In this document: positions 9,900 to 20,540 of the stretch, in pieces | Position numbering within the stretch: position 1 is the first letter of the stretch | Layout: every line of letters begins with the position of its first letter | IMG/VR virus record: IMGVR_UViG_3300025881_000013 | From: an uncultured virus (IMG/VR IMGVR_UViG_3300025881_000013) | Taxonomy: Duplodnaviria > Heunggongvirae > Uroviricota > Caudoviricetes | Length of the DNA stretch: 64,000 bases | Reading direction: 5' to 3' (one strand) | The notes under the pieces: model-generated | Database searches by the model: none | Told to the model about the DNA's origin: nothing | What the model saw: the letters and a program-made list of their open reading frames with translations, nothing else | Position numbers and translations under genes: made by a program

Positions 9900-10897
9900 C
9901 AGTAAGATCCTCCATCAATTACCGAAGTCCAAGTAGGAATTCCTACATTGTTAGTTGTTAATACGAAATAACTTTCGGTTAATGCATTTTCCGTACTGGC
10001 AGCACCAATTAGTTTTCCAGTATTATCAAAATAAGCAATTCCATTTGGTCCATCATAATCGTTAGCATCATAATATAAACCTTCAGTAACACTTGCAAAT
10101 CCGGTAATTATTACATTACCTTCAATATCAATATTACTATTAAAATCTAAATTTCCATTAAAAGTAGATATCCCAGAAACAAATAAATTGGTTGTAGTTA
10201 CAAGACCAGAAAATTTCCCGTCTCTCCATCTTTGTGTTGTAATACCAATATCAAAAGTATTATCGACATTTGGAACCAAATTAGATACAAATTCTCCACC
10301 AACATCAATATCGTCAGTAGAAGAATCTCCAATTCCAATTGTGCCACCTCTAAATGTGGCATTTCCAATAAAGTTCGAAGTTCCGGCAACTTCTAGATTA
10401 GTACCTACATATAAATTATCATCTACATATAAATCACCTCCAGTAGTGGTAATACCACCAGCAGAAGCAAGAGTTGTAATTCCTACAGACTTGAACGTTG
10501 AATTTACTGTTAATCCATTTAAGATGTCAACAGCAGCATTAATATCTAAATTAGAAGAAAATGTTGAGACACCAGCAACTTTTAGATTTCCTCCAATATT
10601 TACTGCTTTACCAATTCCAATTCCACCATCAACAACCAAAGCACCACTCGTTGGTGATGAAGATTGAGTAGTATTTGAAAATGTTGCAATACCAGTAATA
10701 TTGAGGGTTGACGAATCAATCGTATCCGTCATATAGAAGGATTCTGTTGCCAGATCCCATACCAAAATCATTCCATCTCTAGTTCTTAGAGTGGAATTTA
10801 CATCAGTTAAATTTAGTAATCGTGTTGGTGGAGCAGAAGCATTGGATAAAACACGGATTACATTTTGAGAACCAATCCTGTCGTTGATATTGGGCAT
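9899..10897 (-). CDS. Virion structural/fibre-like protein
   Basis: GALVVDGGIGIGK repeat, GV/ISTF repeats, IDGGSY C-terminus typical of cyanophage fibre proteins. Confidence 0.75.
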   Translation of the reverse strand: MPNINDRIGSQNVIRVLSNASAPPTRLLNLTDVNSTLRTRDGMILVWDLATESFYMTDTIDSSTLNITGIATFSNTTQSSSPTSGALVVDGGIGIGKAVNIGGNLKVAGVSTFSSNLDINAAVDILNGLTVNSTFKSVGITTLASAGGITTTGGDLYVDDNLYVGTNLEVAGTSNFIGNATFRGGTIGIGDSSTDDIDVGGEFVSNLVPNVDNTFDIGITTQRWRDGKFSGLVTTTNLFVSGISTFNGNLDFNSNIDIEGNVIITGFASVTEGLYYDANDYDGPNGIAYFDNTGKLIGAASTENALTESYFVLTTNNVGIPTWTSVIDGGSY

Positions 10898-11232
10898 TAC
10901 CTAGTGACTCCCCCTCTTATTAGTGCTGCACCTTCCACAGCTTTAAATTCTTTTCCAAAATTTGTTAATTTCACATCAAAAACATATCTGCCAGGTTTTA
11001 TATTAACAGTTTGTGATGCATTCAATGAAATAGAAATAATTCCTAATTCGGGACTAGTTATTGACGATGCAAAAGATACAGATGTTGTAGAACCATAATG
11101 TTTTCTCAGTTTAGCTTCAGCAGAAGCACTAGTCAATATCAATGGAGAATTTGTTCTGGTATCTTCTAGTTGAAATGAAGTATCAAAATCAAATCCTTGT
11201 TCGATAACAATATTTGATACATAAACAGCCAT
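10897..11232 (-). CDS. Small virion structural protein (Ig-like/BppU-like)
   Basis: IEQGFDF...ISLNASQT..IKPGRYVFDV pattern; late promoter directly upstream. Confidence 0.7.
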   Translation of the reverse strand: MAVYVSNIVIEQGFDFDTSFQLEDTRTNSPLILTSASAEAKLRKHYGSTTSVSFASSITSPELGIISISLNASQTVNIKPGRYVFDVKLTNFGKEFKAVEGAALIRGGVTR

Positions 11233-11260
11233 TATTTTATGTTGCTAACATACCTTTAGA

Positions 11261-11268
11261 TATTTATA
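11261..11268 (-). promoter_or_regulatory. T4-type late promoter TATAAATA
   Basis: Perfect match 29 nt upstream of the ORF starting at 11232. Confidence 0.8.
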
Positions 11269-11285
11269 TGAATTATTGATAGTAA

Positions 11286-11480
11286 CTATTTACTCAAGAA
11301 ATCTTTGAGTAAATTTTTTATTTCTTCAATGTCTTTTTTCATATCATCCAACTCTTTTTTACGTAAATTTTTTTGTGCTAAAGAATTTACGTATTGATTA
11401 TAATTGGCAGTGTCGCAATTTATAATACTGCCAGTATCTTCATCTCGATATAGATTTGAATATCCCTTTACTTTTATCAT
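11286..11480 (-). CDS. Conserved small hypothetical protein
   Basis: IKVKGYSNLYRD..TGSIIN plus coiled coil; start overlaps upstream stop. Confidence 0.75.
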   Translation of the reverse strand: MIKVKGYSNLYRDEDTGSIINCDTANYNQYVNSLAQKNLRKKELDDMKKDIEEIKNLLKDFLSK

Positions 11481-14400
11481 CTTAGTGCAATTACTCTAAG
11501 GTCTGCTAAACGAGGTGCTTGTGCCTGATTTGAACTATTCATTACAATTTTGATACCATATCCAGTGAATAAATCTAAATTTTCAACTGTAAATTCATAT
11601 TCTAAAAATTCTCCATCAAGACTTGCTTTAACTTTTGTGTCCGGCAATCCACTATTTTTAGATTGATCAACAACTAAAAATCCTTCAGTAGTCTCTTTCA
11701 AATTATTATATCCTGGAAATAGTTCATAAGATTGACTAATTTCACTAGAATCTGCTTTTATTGTAGTATAAAGAACTCTAAAATCAGAATCTCCTGGTCT
11801 TTCTGCAGCAATAATAACTTTTAGTCCAGAAGCTGGATTTTTAAGAGTGTTTATATTTGAATAATATACAGAAGCATGTGGATCGAATAATATTGAATTG
11901 ACACGACTGTCACTGGAATAATCATCAATTGGATTGTTTAAACGAGATAGATTAAATTCTGTTCTTGCTTGATTAAGATCAAGTATTGGAGATAATGCAC
12001 TATTAGGATCATTAGAATTAAATACGATTGCAGTAGTAAACGATTTCTTTCTTGGTAAAGAAGTCAAATATTCATTTTGATTTGCTTCTGATGCAACCAT
12101 TCTTACCGAATTTAAAGAGTTTAATTCATTTAATTGAATTTGTTGATATCCACTATCATTAAACGAAACCTCATTTCCACTAACACTTGTTGCAGTTACA
12201 GTTCTGATTTGTCCAGTTACAGAAGTTGTTGAACCTGGTGTCAGAATGCCATATATTGGATTTACTGCATCATACATTATGTTTTGGGAAGCAGTAACAT
12301 TATCCCCACCAATTAATTTTTCATCATTGAATGATAACTGGGGATCTCCTGCTGAAGATCCATCATTCAATCTTGAAGTTCCTTTATTAGATGACCTATC
12401 AATTCTTACATGATAGCTATCAATATCTACTGGGGAAGCAATAGAGGTTGTTATCCCATTAACTCTTCTTAATGAAACTCCACCAAATTCATATTTTTCT
12501 ACATCCGTATCTATAAAGTGATTGATTGCAATAGTATTATCAATTCCTCTACCATTACTACTAATATTTAATATTCCGGATCCAACACCTTCATATTTGA
12601 TAACTTCATTTCCAATTTTTACATATCCTGGATATGATCCAGAAACATTTTTCCCTTCAAAAGTTACGAAGTTTGATGTAGAAGCAACACTAATAGTAGA
12701 TGTTTGATCAACATTTAGTTGGGAACTTAATACAGTTGTCGGAACATCGGATTTAATATTATCTACTACCAATTTATTAGTAGTAGAATACATTCCATGA
12801 TTAAAATGATCTACCTTAAAATAATCACCAGAGTAGACTCCACCATCTGAAGAGGAACTTAAAATATTTGTTCCTGCAGCAGATACAATTGTAGAAGCAT
12901 CACTATAATAACTAACAGCAGCACCTACAGCAAATTCTTTTCCACTACCACTACCACCAAATTGACCTTGAACATTTGAAAGATATAAAGTATTCAATCC
13001 TGATATTCCAGCAATTGTAACTGTAGCATCTCTACCAGTTTGTTTAGATGTTGTTGAAGTTTGAATGCCAACAACATCTCCAACTTGATATCCAGTTCCA
13101 AAATCAATAGTAGAGTGTCCAACTCCGGTAATAACTCCACTTGAATTTGTGTCTATAAGAAGTTTAAGATTTTCACCTTTTCCGGATACATTGTAAGTAC
13201 TCACTATTTGATTACTAACACTTGCCGGATAATTCGCACCTGCATCTGTGAGACTAACACTACTAACAGAACTTCCCTGTCCAACAACAATAGCAGATCC
13301 TCCATTATTATTGACTCCGGCAAGTTTTCTGCCAACAGTTACAATACCAATAAAATTAGAATTTGTTGTTGTAACAATGCCAATTTTTCCTGTTTTTGGA
13401 AGAATAGTAATAGGATTATTATTTAACTTTCTAATATATCCATTACTTTCATCTAGTGGTGGGTTATAAAAATATACGGACCCTGTTGTTTGAGTAAATT
13501 CTGCTTTGTATAATTTAAATTTAAGATCTTGGTTTTGATCTGTTGTCCAAATAGAACCATTTTGAGATTTAAATAATGAACCAAGAGCAAACTGTTGAGT
13601 ATAGATTACCTGATCAACATCTGGAAGAGATTGTGTATTAATAGTTTTTTCTCCCATAACTGCAGACCATACTTCATATTCATCACTTTGTGCAGAAATT
13701 AGAACAATCGCATATTCTCTTCCTGGTGACAGGAAAATAGGTTCTGGAAACTTGACATTAGTTGCAATTTCTCCAGTATCTGATGTTTGAATGAGTTGAG
13801 TTTCAACACCATTTTCATCAACAGATCTAGGTCTAAGAGTTACTGATGAATTACCAATAACTTCTAACGTAGGAGTTCCTAGTAATGTAGATCTAACTTG
13901 AACTGTAACAGGTGCAGTACCACTATCAATAGATGCAAAGTATATGTCTACAGAGGTTAAAAATACTCCATTCACATCATCTTCAGTATCAATATCAGAT
14001 TTAACTTGAATATTTCCACCAACAGTAAAGGTTTGAGCAAGAGGATCAAAATATGCTACCTCAACACTTCCCCCACTAGTTGCATTTACAGTATTATTAA
14101 TCGTAGTAGTTGTAGTATTTGTTGTTACCGTAGCTTGGAAGTTAATTAAGGTTGCATTTGCAGTATAATTTGTTTCCGCAAAAGAAACGGAATTACTTCC
14201 AGGCAATCCAGGGGTATTTGTAGAACTTGATGTAAGTTTATAAGTTTTTGTTCCTGTGGATATTCTTGTTGAAGGTCTTGGTGTTGCATTTGGATCTCTT
14301 AAGAAAAAAGATCCAATAAGATCTCCATAATTATCTGATATTAATCTAATATCTTTTACAAATGCAATTGCTTGGCTAGTTTGTCCCACCAACTGCATTC

Positions 14401-17400
14401 CACTTTCAAGATATCCAAAAAAGTCCCCTTGAGAATTTTGTGCAAGTGCTGCGGTATCTACATTAAGAATTTTTGATGTTGAATTGTAATTGTTGGATAT
14501 GGTAGGATTATTTGGATTATACGGATTCTGATTGTAAATTGATGTTGGTGAATTAAAAGGTCCTAATTTATGATTCGGATTACAAACTCTAAATCTTATT
14601 CGTTCTTGACCATTAACAGTTCCAATTACAGTTTCTCCAATCCTAAATGCACCGGAAGAACCATTTCCAGTAAGTCCTTGATTATCAGAAATTTCAATTA
14701 GTTTAGGAACCAAATCAACAGCACTATTACCATCCAGAAATTGATAAAATCTGGTGTTTGGTTTGAGATTAGAAGCATTGAACTCAACATTTCTAGACCT
14801 CATAAATTCTTCATCAGGTGTACCAACCACCTCATTGCGAATAAATGTATCTACAGTATCAAAACTATCACTTGCAGTGCTACTAGCACTTGTAGTGCCA
14901 CCAAGTGCCCCAGCAAAGTTTCTAAGTGCATTAGCTACTCCACCACCACCACCTCTAAATCTTGGAGCTAATGGAACATTGAAAGATCTATTTTGAGTAA
15001 GATTTAGATTATTGACAAGATTGACTTCTTGTGTAAAACTATTATTTACATTCACATCCTGCAATTGAACTGTTCTAGTCCAACTATCAACCTCTGGTTG
15101 TAATTTAACCACTCCATCATAAATGACAATATTGAAAGGGTTTACATTTTCTACTTTAGTTGCAAATGGTTGTTCTAGCCAATCAATTTCGTTATATGCA
15201 AGAGTTAATGCTCGACCAGTTTTTTGAATAGAAGAGTCTAATAAAATTAAATTTTCATCATTTAAATCTAGTTCTTGTGGTGACAAGTCATCTAAAGTTG
15301 CTACTAGTGAATCTAATGAATTTCTACTAATGTTTGGATTTAAAGTTCTAGTAGATTGATCAACCAAAGTTGTTGAAAGAAAGGTATCAAACTTAGAATT
15401 GTCGGAAAATGAGTCAACAAAGAAACCACTTTTAAATCTATCTCTACCTTCAGTATCTTGAATTCTCAAAGTGTTTGCATTTATTTCTAGAAGAGATAAT
15501 GTTGTTACTCTTTCTAAATTTTCAACTCTATCTTCAATAATACCAATGTCTCTCATCGTGTATCTTCTATTGTCAGTTAAGACAATACCAGCATTAGATG
15601 TATTATAAAGATACGCAGGATATGCAATTGTTGCAAGTTCTATGAAATCCCCTCTCTTGCTAGGTGGTTTTGGATTTTTTGAGGAAATTCCTTTTTCAAC
15701 AACAAAATTGCCAAGAATATCCAAATAAACTTTGTCCATTCTTGGAAGATAAAAACTTTGACTGACTATTGCATTCTCTTTTGGTGCTAATAATCTTAAT
15801 GGAGAAGTATTAAATGCCGAAGTTCTAGCATTAAAATCATATGGTGATTTATCAGTTGTTACTGCAGGATTAAATATTGCCACTCTAGGTCTAAAGTCTA
15901 AAGTATCTGTTGCTCTAATGGATCCTCCAATATTTGGAATATCTTTAGAAAATCTTTCTGCATCATAACTATCGACGGTAAATACATCTCCAGAATCATC
16001 TGTTGGAACTGTATAGTGATCAAAAACTATTAATAAACGACGAGATGGTTCATGAATATTTTTTCTTCTCTCAATTCTTGAATAATCGTAATATTGATTT
16101 TTCTGTCCTCTGTTTAATACATATGATCCAGTTATATCATTATAATTGCCCTTTGTTATAGAATCAATTTGAGAATTAATTTTTGATTCCTCAAATACTA
16201 CAGATTCACCTACGGAAAATTTGTTTTCGTTTAAATAAATAACTCCCAATTTATTTGTACTTCCTGACGAAGGAGATGTAGTGTTATTAGTAACAATTCT
16301 GGCTACAGTATTACTTTTAGTCCCTATAATATTTTCACCAATTAATGCATTTGCTCCAACATTTGATATGACTGGAAAATCAACTATATCTAAAGTCGGA
16401 TTGGATTCATTTAGAGATTCATAAATTGAAAGAACCTTCACCACATCGGGATAATTTAATGATATTTCTTCGTCCTGAATTCTCAGACCATAATATTGAT
16501 TATATGTTAACCCATCATTTTTAGAGGTTACGGCATTATTTCCAGACTCTTTTAATTTTGACCCATTTACAGATAAAATTCTACTTCTACTGTAAGTTTT
16601 AGTTTTACTTTGAATATTATTTTTCACTGCTGTTACATTAACAACAGTATCACTATTTGAAAGAGTGCTGTCTAAACCTCTAATAGTTACTGTATTTCCA
16701 CTAATACTGAATGCATCCGAAGTAATCGTTCCTATACCTCCTCCACTATATCCAATACCAAATCTCTCTTGATCAAAATTAACCCAAGATACATCGCTAA
16801 TACCACTAATATCACTAGTATTGATAGTTATAGTATTGTCAGAATTATCAACATCTTTTCCAATTAACTGTTCAGTAATGAATAATTGAGAATTAGAAAG
16901 ATCAATACTAGAGGCATTCGGTTCTACTAAGGGTGCAAATAATGTTCCAGATCCTCTTACTATTGGTGCTCCTAAAAATCCATCAACTTGAATATTTGAT
17001 GTTGGAAGTGTTCCATTAAATACTCCAGCAACACTTGATAGTGCAGAAATTTGAAATGATAATGCATCGGTTGCAATACTAGATATTCTATTAAAATACT
17101 CTAATGAAGAACCAGATTGTTGATATCTGATCACAGTATCAGTTCTAATACCAACAAAAGTTCTACCTGGAGAAGTTACTGTAGAGATACCTCCCCCAGT
17201 TGCAGTAATTGTTAATTCAGATACTGATCCTGGAAAATTAAATTTATCTAAAATTGAATCCGCTCGAAAATTGCTAGTCCCCCAACTGGGCCCAAAAGGT
17301 GATGTTTGTTTTACTGACTTAATGTTTTGAGTATTATATGCATGAACTTCAGTTATAGATCTTGAAGATTGTATTCCATTAATAATTAAACTTTCACCTT

Positions 17401-18925
17401 TTGCAAAAGTTCCAGAAGTTTGTCTTAAAAATATTTGATTTGATGACCCATCTGCTGTAGCAAATCCTGTTGATCCAGTACTATTTCCTTTAACAAAGAA
17501 TGATTGTTTTATTTCATCTGAAGAAACAGATTGATTTAATGTTAATCTAGTATATGTCTGAATATCATACAATCTCAAATCCCAACTAGTTGCTGCATTA
17601 GAATATGCCGCATCAGTTAAACTAAATGAATATACTCTTGCTTCTCCAATTTGAGTCCCCAAACATCCAAATTGTGCATAAAGAGCGATTGTTTTTCTTA
17701 CCTTTGCTACTCCAGTTACATTATTAACTCTCAGTATATTTCCCATTTCAAATGGGACTGTAGTATTCTTAATGTCTGCAGTATCTCTAGGTTTATCTAC
17801 ATCTACAATAGAAGTAGATACTTTTTCAATATCGTAACCTTGAACATATGCCTTTCCAGGTGATATTTTTAGTACTGCTAAACTTTCTGATGGAATATTT
17901 CCTTGATCTGTTGTTTCATTATTGAAAAAAGTTCCATCACTGCCTAATCTATCATTTAAAGATTCTTCTACATGTAAATCGAATTGATTTATGGTATAGT
18001 TGCCAGATTCGTCAAAAGTTCTCTCCGCAAGATAATCACGAATTCTATTATACTCAGTTTTGGTTGTAATTTTTTTAACTTTTCCATTTTTTACTCTAAG
18101 CAACTCTACAAAATCAGTATCATTTGAATCTGTTAGAGGTCTTTTTGTAAGTGATAAAGATATTTTTAATCTATCAGATCCTGGTGATGCATAATTTGTA
18201 AATCCTTTTGCATTATCAAATAAAGATTCATCTTCTTTTGCATTAATAATAGACTCATCAATTTTTAATCCAACTCTATACGATGGAGTATTTGTATAAT
18301 AATCTAAAATAATTGTCTGCTTTGAAACTTTTACAAAATAACCCCTTATAAAAAATATTCCTTCTCCAATTGACGACGAAGATCCAATGTCGGTTGAATC
18401 TGAACTAATTGAAGACGCAAAAGGTGATCCTGCACTTATAGTCGTATTTCCATAAACAACATTTTCATTTGCTGATAATAATTCTCCATCAATAAACTGC
18501 GAAAATTCAAAATTTTCATCCGATTTTAAATATTTTACATATAGAGTTATATTATCTACTTCATTACTTTCTGACGGAAAAACTACCTTTTGAATTTTGG
18601 CAGTAATTCCAGAAACTTGCCCAGATATAGTTTTTCCAACAAAATTCTTAATGTATACTGATAAATCAACTCCAAATTGAGTCGTATTCACTTTAACGGA
18701 GTAGAATTGTCCGTCGTATCCAATATTTCCAGGAACAACAATCGATCCTTCTTTAAAAATATGATCCGCAAAATCTTCTACCTGATTTTGAAGTATAGAT
18801 TGTAAAGTTGTTAGTTCTCTACTCTGAACAGGATATCCCGGTTTAAATAATACTTTTAAAAAATTTTTCGATGCATCAAAATCATCATAATATGGATTAA
18901 TGTTTAAATTTGTTTTTTGCGACAT
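11477..18925 (-). CDS. Large virion structural protein (VrlC/DUF4815-like)
   Basis: NLNINPYYDDF, LFKPGYPVQSRELTTLQSILQNQ, RTFDESGNY, RYTMRDIG, FKSGFFVD, DPLAQTF motifs. Confidence 0.85.
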   Translation of the reverse strand: MSQKTNLNINPYYDDFDASKNFLKVLFKPGYPVQSRELTTLQSILQNQVEDFADHIFKEGSIVVPGNIGYDGQFYSVKVNTTQFGVDLSVYIKNFVGKTISGQVSGITAKIQKVVFPSESNEVDNITLYVKYLKSDENFEFSQFIDGELLSANENVVYGNTTISAGSPFASSISSDSTDIGSSSSIGEGIFFIRGYFVKVSKQTIILDYYTNTPSYRVGLKIDESIINAKEDESLFDNAKGFTNYASPGSDRLKISLSLTKRPLTDSNDTDFVELLRVKNGKVKKITTKTEYNRIRDYLAERTFDESGNYTINQFDLHVEESLNDRLGSDGTFFNNETTDQGNIPSESLAVLKISPGKAYVQGYDIEKVSTSIVDVDKPRDTADIKNTTVPFEMGNILRVNNVTGVAKVRKTIALYAQFGCLGTQIGEARVYSFSLTDAAYSNAATSWDLRLYDIQTYTRLTLNQSVSSDEIKQSFFVKGNSTGSTGFATADGSSNQIFLRQTSGTFAKGESLIINGIQSSRSITEVHAYNTQNIKSVKQTSPFGPSWGTSNFRADSILDKFNFPGSVSELTITATGGGISTVTSPGRTFVGIRTDTVIRYQQSGSSLEYFNRISSIATDALSFQISALSSVAGVFNGTLPTSNIQVDGFLGAPIVRGSGTLFAPLVEPNASSIDLSNSQLFITEQLIGKDVDNSDNTITINTSDISGISDVSWVNFDQERFGIGYSGGGIGTITSDAFSISGNTVTIRGLDSTLSNSDTVVNVTAVKNNIQSKTKTYSRSRILSVNGSKLKESGNNAVTSKNDGLTYNQYYGLRIQDEEISLNYPDVVKVLSIYESLNESNPTLDIVDFPVISNVGANALIGENIIGTKSNTVARIVTNNTTSPSSGSTNKLGVIYLNENKFSVGESVVFEESKINSQIDSITKGNYNDITGSYVLNRGQKNQYYDYSRIERRKNIHEPSRRLLIVFDHYTVPTDDSGDVFTVDSYDAERFSKDIPNIGGSIRATDTLDFRPRVAIFNPAVTTDKSPYDFNARTSAFNTSPLRLLAPKENAIVSQSFYLPRMDKVYLDILGNFVVEKGISSKNPKPPSKRGDFIELATIAYPAYLYNTSNAGIVLTDNRRYTMRDIGIIEDRVENLERVTTLSLLEINANTLRIQDTEGRDRFKSGFFVDSFSDNSKFDTFLSTTLVDQSTRTLNPNISRNSLDSLVATLDDLSPQELDLNDENLILLDSSIQKTGRALTLAYNEIDWLEQPFATKVENVNPFNIVIYDGVVKLQPEVDSWTRTVQLQDVNVNNSFTQEVNLVNNLNLTQNRSFNVPLAPRFRGGGGGVANALRNFAGALGGTTSASSTASDSFDTVDTFIRNEVVGTPDEEFMRSRNVEFNASNLKPNTRFYQFLDGNSAVDLVPKLIEISDNQGLTGNGSSGAFRIGETVIGTVNGQERIRFRVCNPNHKLGPFNSPTSIYNQNPYNPNNPTISNNYNSTSKILNVDTAALAQNSQGDFFGYLESGMQLVGQTSQAIAFVKDIRLISDNYGDLIGSFFLRDPNATPRPSTRISTGTKTYKLTSSSTNTPGLPGSNSVSFAETNYTANATLINFQATVTTNTTTTTINNTVNATSGGSVEVAYFDPLAQTFTVGGNIQVKSDIDTEDDVNGVFLTSVDIYFASIDSGTAPVTVQVRSTLLGTPTLEVIGNSSVTLRPRSVDENGVETQLIQTSDTGEIATNVKFPEPIFLSPGREYAIVLISAQSDEYEVWSAVMGEKTINTQSLPDVDQVIYTQQFALGSLFKSQNGSIWTTDQNQDLKFKLYKAEFTQTTGSVYFYNPPLDESNGYIRKLNNNPITILPKTGKIGIVTTTNSNFIGIVTVGRKLAGVNNNGGSAIVVGQGSSVSSVSLTDAGANYPASVSNQIVSTYNVSGKGENLKLLIDTNSSGVITGVGHSTIDFGTGYQVGDVVGIQTSTTSKQTGRDATVTIAGISGLNTLYLSNVQGQFGGSGSGKEFAVGAAVSYYSDASTIVSAAGTNILSSSSDGGVYSGDYFKVDHFNHGMYSTTNKLVVDNIKSDVPTTVLSSQLNVDQTSTISVASTSNFVTFEGKNVSGSYPGYVKIGNEVIKYEGVGSGILNISSNGRGIDNTIAINHFIDTDVEKYEFGGVSLRRVNGITTSIASPVDIDSYHVRIDRSSNKGTSRLNDGSSAGDPQLSFNDEKLIGGDNVTASQNIMYDAVNPIYGILTPGSTTSVTGQIRTVTATSVSGNEVSFNDSGYQQIQLNELNSLNSVRMVASEANQNEYLTSLPRKKSFTTAIVFNSNDPNSALSPILDLNQARTEFNLSRLNNPIDDYSSDSRVNSILFDPHASVYYSNINTLKNPASGLKVIIAAERPGDSDFRVLYTTIKADSSEISQSYELFPGYNNLKETTEGFLVVDQSKNSGLPDTKVKASLDGEFLEYEFTVENLDLFTGYGIKIVMNSSNQAQAPRLADLRVIALR

Positions 18926-18931
18926 TTTTCT

Positions 18932-20518
18932 TTAGAATTCCAGAATAATTTTGATGTCTTCTTTTTGCCTAGAGTCTCTTACAACAAGAGAACGATTGTC
19001 AATGTAAATAACATCTCCCGTGTTTTTATTTATCTCAGGATCAGCAACCCCTCCTGTGAAAGTTACTCCCAAATTAATTACTTTAGATCCAATTGTAGTT
19101 GTAATTCCAGTAAAATTTGTATCAACTGCTGCTGTAAAAGTTCCATCAGAAATTGTATTTGTTGTTGAGGCAAAACTTACAACATTTGCTTTATTAGTAA
19201 CATCATTTCTGTCAGTTTGATCTAAAGTATTGCCAAAGTTTAAAGATCTATCTTGATAATATTTCAATACATTAGTCTCAGTATCATATGATGCTATATA
19301 TCCTCTTGCAGTGCCAATTGAAGTAGACTGCTCAATTTTACCTCCAATAGTTGGACTATCACTAAAATCTGATGTTAATTTAATTGCTCCTAATGATGAA
19401 TAATCACTCGCATTATAAAGAGACGTAGAATTATATTTTTCTGGATTTTTTATAATTCCTACCTGAGCAAATTTAGTATCTGTCGGAAAATCTCTTGTAG
19501 AATCATCAAATCTAGAATATGCAAGAACTTTATCCGAACCCAATTCCTCATATATGTTATATCCATGACCTCTTGATGGGGGTATTATTGGAATTAATTT
19601 TGCTGGATTTGAAATAGTGTCTGTTGCTCCATGTCCAAAATCAACAATTCCAAATGTATATCCACTACCACCAGAAACAACTGTTGTTTTAATAATAGTT
19701 CCAGATGTATTAACTTCTATGTTTACTTTTGCTCCTGATCCATCACCTTTAATATCGTAAGTACCTGCCGTATAAATACCACTTCCACCGTTCTCAATAT
19801 ACACATATTTTATTTGATTATTATTGATATTAGAATCTCCAGAATCTCTTACAGACTGAATTTGAAAATTATCTGACGTTAACCAACCACTCGGAAGAAC
19901 AATATATTCTGTGGAATCAAATTTGATAATATCGGATGGTGATATAGTAAACAAATACTTCCAAAGATATCCATCTCCACTTGTTCCTGCAGAAGATACT
20001 TCTAAATCTGTAAATGTTGGTTCGTCCTGAGATGTATTTCCATTTAACTTTGATGCTCCTCCAATATCACCATGAGATCCATTATAGATGCATATATAAA
20101 CTTTAAAGTCACTATTGACAATATAATAATTACTATCATAAAGTCTTGCACTTTGTGAAATGGGTGCTAAATTTGAAACACTATAATCATGACGATACAT
20201 TTCATATCTATTATTTGAAACCCAATTAACTTTTTTTACAACTCTTCTAATATTTGAACTATTTAATTTTTTTCCAAATAATGCGGTATTTCTATAATGA
20301 CTCAAATACTGTTGATTATCAATTGGACTTGGAGGGTTTGATGGGATATTTCCCCATGACGAAGTTCTGCCAAATCCTACAGGAGTGGATGTTGTTCCGG
20401 GATTTGAAAGTCCTAAAAATACATAATAATTATTGTCGGCACTTAAGACAGACTCTACAAAATTATTAGCATTAGCAATTCTAAATTGATCTGTTACTAT
20501 AGCAGACATATTACACAA
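18932..20518 (-). CDS. gp8: Baseplate wedge protein gp8
   Basis: AIVTDQFRI, VYICIYNG, DGYLWKYLFTI, QKEDIKIILEF motifs (start may be 20509). Confidence 0.9.
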   Translation of the reverse strand: MCNMSAIVTDQFRIANANNFVESVLSADNNYYVFLGLSNPGTTSTPVGFGRTSSWGNIPSNPPSPIDNQQYLSHYRNTALFGKKLNSSNIRRVVKKVNWVSNNRYEMYRHDYSVSNLAPISQSARLYDSNYYIVNSDFKVYICIYNGSHGDIGGASKLNGNTSQDEPTFTDLEVSSAGTSGDGYLWKYLFTISPSDIIKFDSTEYIVLPSGWLTSDNFQIQSVRDSGDSNINNNQIKYVYIENGGSGIYTAGTYDIKGDGSGAKVNIEVNTSGTIIKTTVVSGGSGYTFGIVDFGHGATDTISNPAKLIPIIPPSRGHGYNIYEELGSDKVLAYSRFDDSTRDFPTDTKFAQVGIIKNPEKYNSTSLYNASDYSSLGAIKLTSDFSDSPTIGGKIEQSTSIGTARGYIASYDTETNVLKYYQDRSLNFGNTLDQTDRNDVTNKANVVSFASTTNTISDGTFTAAVDTNFTGITTTIGSKVINLGVTFTGGVADPEINKNTGDVIYIDNRSLVVRDSRQKEDIKIILEF

Positions 20519-20528
20519 TTTTTTTAAA

Positions 20529-20536
20529 TATTTATA
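20529..20536 (-). promoter_or_regulatory. T4-type late promoter TATAAATA for gp8
   Basis: Perfect match in the gp7-gp8 intergenic gap. Confidence 0.8.
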
Positions 20537-20540
20537 TGGG